Source: an uncultured Thermoleophilia bacterium
Lineage (GTDB): Bacteria > Actinomycetota > Thermoleophilia > UBA2241
Length of the DNA stretch: 26,882 nt
Assembly (NCBI GenBank): GCA_964615105.1
Contig: CAZTMO010000001.1
Span: 1 to 26,882 of the forward strand
Reading direction: 5' to 3'
Shown: positions 23,560 through 26,882 of the stretch, piece after piece
How the letters are laid out: each line of letters begins with the position of its first letter
Position numbering within the stretch: the first letter of the stretch is position 1
The notes under the pieces: generated by a model
What the model saw: only the letters and a program-made list of their open reading frames with translations
Told to the model about the DNA's origin: nothing
The model's database searches: none
Made by a program: the position numbers and the translations under genes

Positions 23560-25237
23560 CCTGGCCGCCTCCAATCATCAGGGCGCCGATCTCCTGCTCC
23601 GCGCCGGATTTGTTCTGCACGATCCCCATGAGACGGCCGCGCGACAGGACGGCGATCCGATCGCAGAGCACGAGCAGCTCTTCGAGATCGGTGGAGATCA
23701 CCAGGGCTCCGGCGTCGCCTGTGTCGGCAAGCTGTCGGATCCGGGAGCGCACGGCGTTGGTCGTCTTCACGTCCAGACCGTACGTGGGTTTGTTGAAGAC
23801 CACGACTTTGGGATCGAACGAAAGCTCGCGAGCCAGCACCACCTTCTGCACGTTGCCGCCCGAGAGGGACCCGGCGTGCGTGTGGATGGTCGGAGTCATG
23901 ATGTTGTACTCACGCACGAGCTCGTCGGCGTTGGCGTCGATGGCTTCGAACCGCGTCCGTCCCCCGACCCAGAACGGGGCCATGCCGATGCGCTTGGTCA
24001 CCATGTTCACGGCGACACTGAGCGGCCCGACGATGCCTTCGTTGAGGCGGTCGTCGGTGACGTAGCGCAGGCCGTGCCGTTGACGAGCCTTGATACTGAG
24101 CCTGCGCATGGATCTGCCGTCCAGCCGGATGTCGCCGCCGTCAAGCCTTCGCTGCCCGGCGATGGCCTCGGCCAAGGGCCGCTGACCGTTACCGTCGACG
24201 CCGGCGACGCCGACGACCTCGCCAGCGTGCACCGTGAGGTCCAGCGCCTCGTCGATGCCGATCTCGCCACGGCCTCCTGTCACCATGACGCCCTCCAGCT
24301 CGAGCAGAGGCTGGCCGCCGCTCTCGGTTCGCCCGGCGGCGCCGCCCAATTCGGAGAGGTCGTGCAACTCGGCGACATTGGCGAGGCTCTCGGCCTCGCC
24401 GGGGAACATGAGGTTCACGACCATGGCGTGGAGATCCTCGTGCGACGAGCGCCGCATGGTGTCGCCGTCGATGGTCCCTTCCAGACGACCTTGACGCAGT
24501 ACCGATACACAATCGCCGATGGCGAACGCCTCGCGGAGCTTGTGGGTGATGAAAATGACTGCGAGGCCTTCCTTCTTCAACTGCACGATCACGCGTTCGA
24601 GGTCCTCGATGCCCTTGGGGGTCAGCATGGACGTGGGCTCGTCCAGGATCAGCACCTTCGATCCCTGCCACAGCGCCTTGAGGATCTCGACCTGCTGCTG
24701 CTGCCCCAGAGAAAGCTCCTGCACGACGGTGTCTGAGTCGACCTCCACCCCGAGGGTCGCCGACAACCGCGCCAAACCCTCCTCGGCCTTCTTCACACTC
24801 AGTCGCACCCCCTCGCCTTGCCCGAGCATGAGGTTCTCGAGCACGGTGAAGGTGGGGATCAAGCTGCTGTGCTGGTGGACCATCCCGATGCCGAGCTCGA
24901 TCGAGTCGCGCGGGCAGCTGATGCAGACCTCCTCGCCGCACACGCGAATGCTGCCTTCGTCGGGCTGGTAGATGCCGGCCAACACGTTCATCAACGTCGA
25001 CTTGCCGGCGCCGTTCTCTCCCAGCAGGCAATGGACTTCGCCCTGCCGAACCAGCAGGTTGACGCAGTCGTTGGCGCGCACCCCGGGAAAGATCTTGGTG
25101 ATGCCGCAGAACTGGATCGCGACGATCCTGTCGTCGCCGTTCCCACCCGGAGCTGCCTCGACGGGGCGGGCGGGCGCGGTCCCGAGACCGCGCCCGCCCG
25201 CCCCGTCGCTCTCGCGAGAGACGGGGGCCATCGTCAC
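23552..25237 (-). CDS. CUT2-type ABC transporter ATP-binding protein (two fused NBDs)
   Basis: Walker A GENGAGKST, GMVHQH, LSLGQQQ and ILDEPT. The second, degenerate NBD has LSGGNVQK and FNKPTYGLD. GTGA overlap with the bmp stop. Confidence 0.95.
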   Translation of the reverse strand: MTMAPVSRESDGAGGRGLGTAPARPVEAAPGGNGDDRIVAIQFCGITKIFPGVRANDCVNLLVRQGEVHCLLGENGAGKSTLMNVLAGIYQPDEGSIRVCGEEVCISCPRDSIELGIGMVHQHSSLIPTFTVLENLMLGQGEGVRLSVKKAEEGLARLSATLGVEVDSDTVVQELSLGQQQQVEILKALWQGSKVLILDEPTSMLTPKGIEDLERVIVQLKKEGLAVIFITHKLREAFAIGDCVSVLRQGRLEGTIDGDTMRRSSHEDLHAMVVNLMFPGEAESLANVAELHDLSELGGAAGRTESGGQPLLELEGVMVTGGRGEIGIDEALDLTVHAGEVVGVAGVDGNGQRPLAEAIAGQRRLDGGDIRLDGRSMRRLSIKARQRHGLRYVTDDRLNEGIVGPLSVAVNMVTKRIGMAPFWVGGRTRFEAIDANADELVREYNIMTPTIHTHAGSLSGGNVQKVVLARELSFDPKVVVFNKPTYGLDVKTTNAVRSRIRQLADTGDAGALVISTDLEELLVLCDRIAVLSRGRLMGIVQNKSGAEQEIGALMIGGGQGE

Positions 25238-26334
25238 TGCCCTGAAGCGATGAGGTCCTTGACTTGCTTACCCTTCGTCAGCTCGGGCACCTCGACGCTG
25301 CCGTCCAGGATCCCGGCCTTCGCGTTCTCGCAGGCCGTCCAGACGTCGTCGGGGATGTACTCCGTGTGCAGCAGCCCCATGCCGTTATCGAGGTCGAGGT
25401 AGAAGCTCGCCTCGCCCATGGTCCCGGCCTCGTAGTCCTGAAGGGCTTTGGTCATGAGCGGCGCCCAGTCCCACAGCACCGACGAAAGCAAGACGCCCTT
25501 CTTGTCGGTCGGCGACTTGTCGCCGATCACGTCGATGAACCAGACCTTGTCGGCGCCCTTCGGCGGGGTCGCGGTCTCGACCGCCTGCATCATTCCGAAC
25601 GAAGCACCATCGCCCATGCCGAAGATGATGTCGGCGCCACCGGAGATCGCGCTCGCGGTGACGCGCTTGCCGCCCGCGGCGTCGGCATAGGCAGCCTGGC
25701 CGATCTGCACATAGAGGATCTTCGTGTCGGGAGCGACCGAACGCACGCCGGCCACGAAGCCGCCCGCCTGCTTGGACCAGTTGAGGTCTTCTGCCGACAC
25801 GACGATCGCGACCGTGCCCGACTGCGTCATCTTGCCCGCGAGAACGCCGGCGAGGTAGCCGCCGTGCTCTCCTCTGGTCTCCATGGCCTGCACGAGCTGC
25901 GGGACGTTGACTTCCTCGTTGCCCGGGTCGCTCGCCGTCACAGGAATGTCGAGCGTCTTGGCCATCTTAGGGCCGACGGTGTTGTAGCCGCTCGCCCACG
26001 GGAAGATGACCTCGGCGCCGGCGGAGGCGCCCTGCTCCATGATCGGCGTGTTGTCGCCGTAGCCCGCCCCGTCCTGAATGATCAGCTCGGCGCCGATCGC
26101 CTCGGCAGCCGCCTTGGCGCCTTCCACACCCTGCTGGTTCCAGCCGTAGTCGTTACCCTTCTCAGGGGTGATCACGGCGACTTTGGTAAGCTCGACGCCG
26201 GCGGCCGGCGACTCAGCGGCACCACCCGTATCGTCACTGCGGCCGCCGCAGCCGGCGACCAGCGCGATCATGACCGCGAGCACCATCAGGGCGACCAGAA
26301 GTCCGCTCAGCCGAAAGAACTTGCTGCTCTTCAT
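25234..26334 (-). CDS. BMP-family (PnrA/Med-like) ABC substrate-binding lipoprotein
   Basis: Signal peptide with lipobox LVAGC, NDYGWNQQG, GYLAGVLAG, GGFVAGV, GADIIFG and WFIDVIGD. It is the first gene of the cluster. Confidence 0.92.
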   Translation of the reverse strand: MKSSKFFRLSGLLVALMVLAVMIALVAGCGGRSDDTGGAAESPAAGVELTKVAVITPEKGNDYGWNQQGVEGAKAAAEAIGAELIIQDGAGYGDNTPIMEQGASAGAEVIFPWASGYNTVGPKMAKTLDIPVTASDPGNEEVNVPQLVQAMETRGEHGGYLAGVLAGKMTQSGTVAIVVSAEDLNWSKQAGGFVAGVRSVAPDTKILYVQIGQAAYADAAGGKRVTASAISGGADIIFGMGDGASFGMMQAVETATPPKGADKVWFIDVIGDKSPTDKKGVLLSSVLWDWAPLMTKALQDYEAGTMGEASFYLDLDNGMGLLHTEYIPDDVWTACENAKAGILDGSVEVPELTKGKQVKDLIASGQ

Positions 26335-26638
26335 GAACCCTTCCCCCTTGGGAGTTCCCTTTGACGATCAGCGCCCTGTGGGCGCGACCCACGCGACACT
26401 TACGGTCTCTGAGTGAGTGTGCGGCCACCTCCTTCCAGCGACGAGCACGGTGGAACTGCGGTCCGGAAGGGCATGACGAGCGATCGACGCACCGCGCGCG
26501 ACGCGGCCGCACCTGTGCCGTTCAGCCTGAGGATCGATCTCGGCTCGCCTGTCACCACACCCATGCTCTCGCTGACTCGTGGTTCGCCTTCCCCCCTCCG
26601 GGACGGCTCGGGCCAACTCTTTCACTCCGGACGACTTG

Positions 26639-26676
26639 CGTCAAGGTCAGGACAAGTTGCTGTACCAGCCGGTACA
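26639..26676 (-). promoter_or_regulatory. Candidate cluster promoter/operator region: -35 TTGACG, HutC-like box AAGGTCAGGACAAG, palindrome TGTACC-N4-GGTACA
   Basis: TTGACG lies on the minus strand at 26639-26644, but its -10 (AAGAGT at 17 nt) is weak. A GTC-N2-GAC core is at 26646-26653 and a perfect 6-bp inverted repeat is at 26661-26676. Confidence 0.45.
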
Positions 26677-26763
26677 CACGCAGCCAGGTGACCGGGAGGG
26701 CCGACGACGCCCGCCGAAGCGCGATCACGAGGCGAAGGCGTCATGCCCCGCGCCGCTCGCGAG

Positions 26764-26882
26764 TCAGCGCGGGCGGCGCAGCATGTAGTCGGTCACGGCT
26801 GCCAGCTCAGTGGTGTCGCCGGGCAGTGCGGCGAGGCGCTCGATGGCGCGCGCGTGGCTCTCGCGCGCCCGACGGCGAGCGC
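26764..26882 (-). CDS. ispA: C-terminus of a polyprenyl (farnesyl/geranylgeranyl) diphosphate synthase, 5' part outside the window
   Basis: Hand translation gives ...ARRRARESHARAIERLAALPGDTTELAAVTDYMLRRPR* with TGA at 26764-26766. This resembles the IspA terminal helices, and ispA normally precedes dxs. Only 38 residues are visible. Confidence 0.7.
   Translation of the reverse strand, partial: ARRRARESHARAIERLAALPGDTTELAAVTDYMLRRPR

Noticed and set aside
23552-24200. Degenerate Walker B (FNKPT) in the second NBD as a sign of pseudogenisation
   Set aside because: An inactive second NBD is normal for CUT2-family ATPases, and the frame is intact.
7065-26334. Purine/pyrimidine catabolic cluster (BMP nucleoside importer + Xdh + PreA + PucG-like aminotransferase + M20)
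   Set aside because: This is the most likely automated reading. It is disfavoured because there is no PreT, dihydropyrimidinase/allantoinase or nucleoside phosphorylase, the aminotransferase has the PPAT Glu motif, and UbiD/UbiX, two AORs and an ADH have no role in those routes. It is not formally excluded.
5603-26334. Frameshifts, pseudogenes or selenocysteine recoding in the cluster
   Set aside because: All cluster genes are full-length for their families, with intact motifs and tidy overlaps. No in-frame TGA read-through is needed.
71-26364. Long plus-strand ORFs (e.g. 71..568, 444..1082, 9428..10750, 11868..14159, 16909..18153, 22264..23631, 23483..24736, 25264..26364) and off-frame minus ORFs (619..2163, 3808..5205)
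   Set aside because: They are antisense or alternate-frame shadows of well-supported genes, as expected in high-GC DNA. They are Arg/Pro/His-rich with no motifs or RBS.
26335-26640. Known riboswitch (purine, TPP, FMN, ZTP, glycine, c-di-AMP, Moco/Wco, cobalamin)
   Set aside because: I could not find the conserved cores by eye. GTGACAGGCGA resembles the start of the ZTP motif but lacks the following elements. An Rfam scan is needed to be sure.
26368-26788. Small ORFs in the ispA-bmp intergenic region (26368..26625 -, 26413..26691 +, 26579..26788 +)
   Set aside because: They show no recognisable domain or properly spaced RBS and have low-information composition, so the region is better treated as regulatory. 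A leader peptide cannot be fully excluded.
1-26882. CRISPR array, tRNA/rRNA, integrase/transposase, attachment-site direct repeats
   Set aside because: No regularly spaced repeats, RNA gene signatures, recombinase motifs or matching repeats at the ispA and dxs junctions were seen.

Overview
High-GC bacterial DNA, almost entirely coding and almost all on the minus strand. The housekeeping order ispA-dxs-tlyA is split. The 3' end of an ispA-like gene lies at the right edge and dxs-tlyA at the left edge, with about 24 kb of accessory genes between them. In transcription order (right to left) the insert encodes a BMP-family/CUT2 ABC importer, a fold-type-I class V aminotransferase, a 4x[4Fe-4S] protein, AOR-family oxidoreductase A, a MoaD-like protein, a GntR/UTRA regulator, an Fe-type alcohol dehydrogenase, AOR-family oxidoreductase B, a long UbiD decarboxylase, a stand-alone PreA-like flavin/Fe-S reductase, a three-subunit xanthine-dehydrogenase-family molybdoenzyme, an M29-fold metallohydrolase, a cupin and a second MoaD-like protein. 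An M20 deacylase, a lipoprotein and ubiX follow. The aminotransferase carries the signature of PLP-independent pyridoxamine:pyruvate aminotransferase (GEALLGLEA; Glu63/Thr141/Asp166/Lys192 fall in register with the M. loti PPAT residues as I recall them). No O2-dependent enzyme is recognisable. My main hypothesis, which is inference and untested, is an oxygen-independent vitamin B6 uptake and degradation pathway that uses W/Mo enzymes, prFMN chemistry and reductive ring dearomatisation in place of the known oxidase/oxygenase route. No rRNA, tRNA, CRISPR array, integrase or IS element was recognised. All family assignments come from motif recognition by eye, without database searches.
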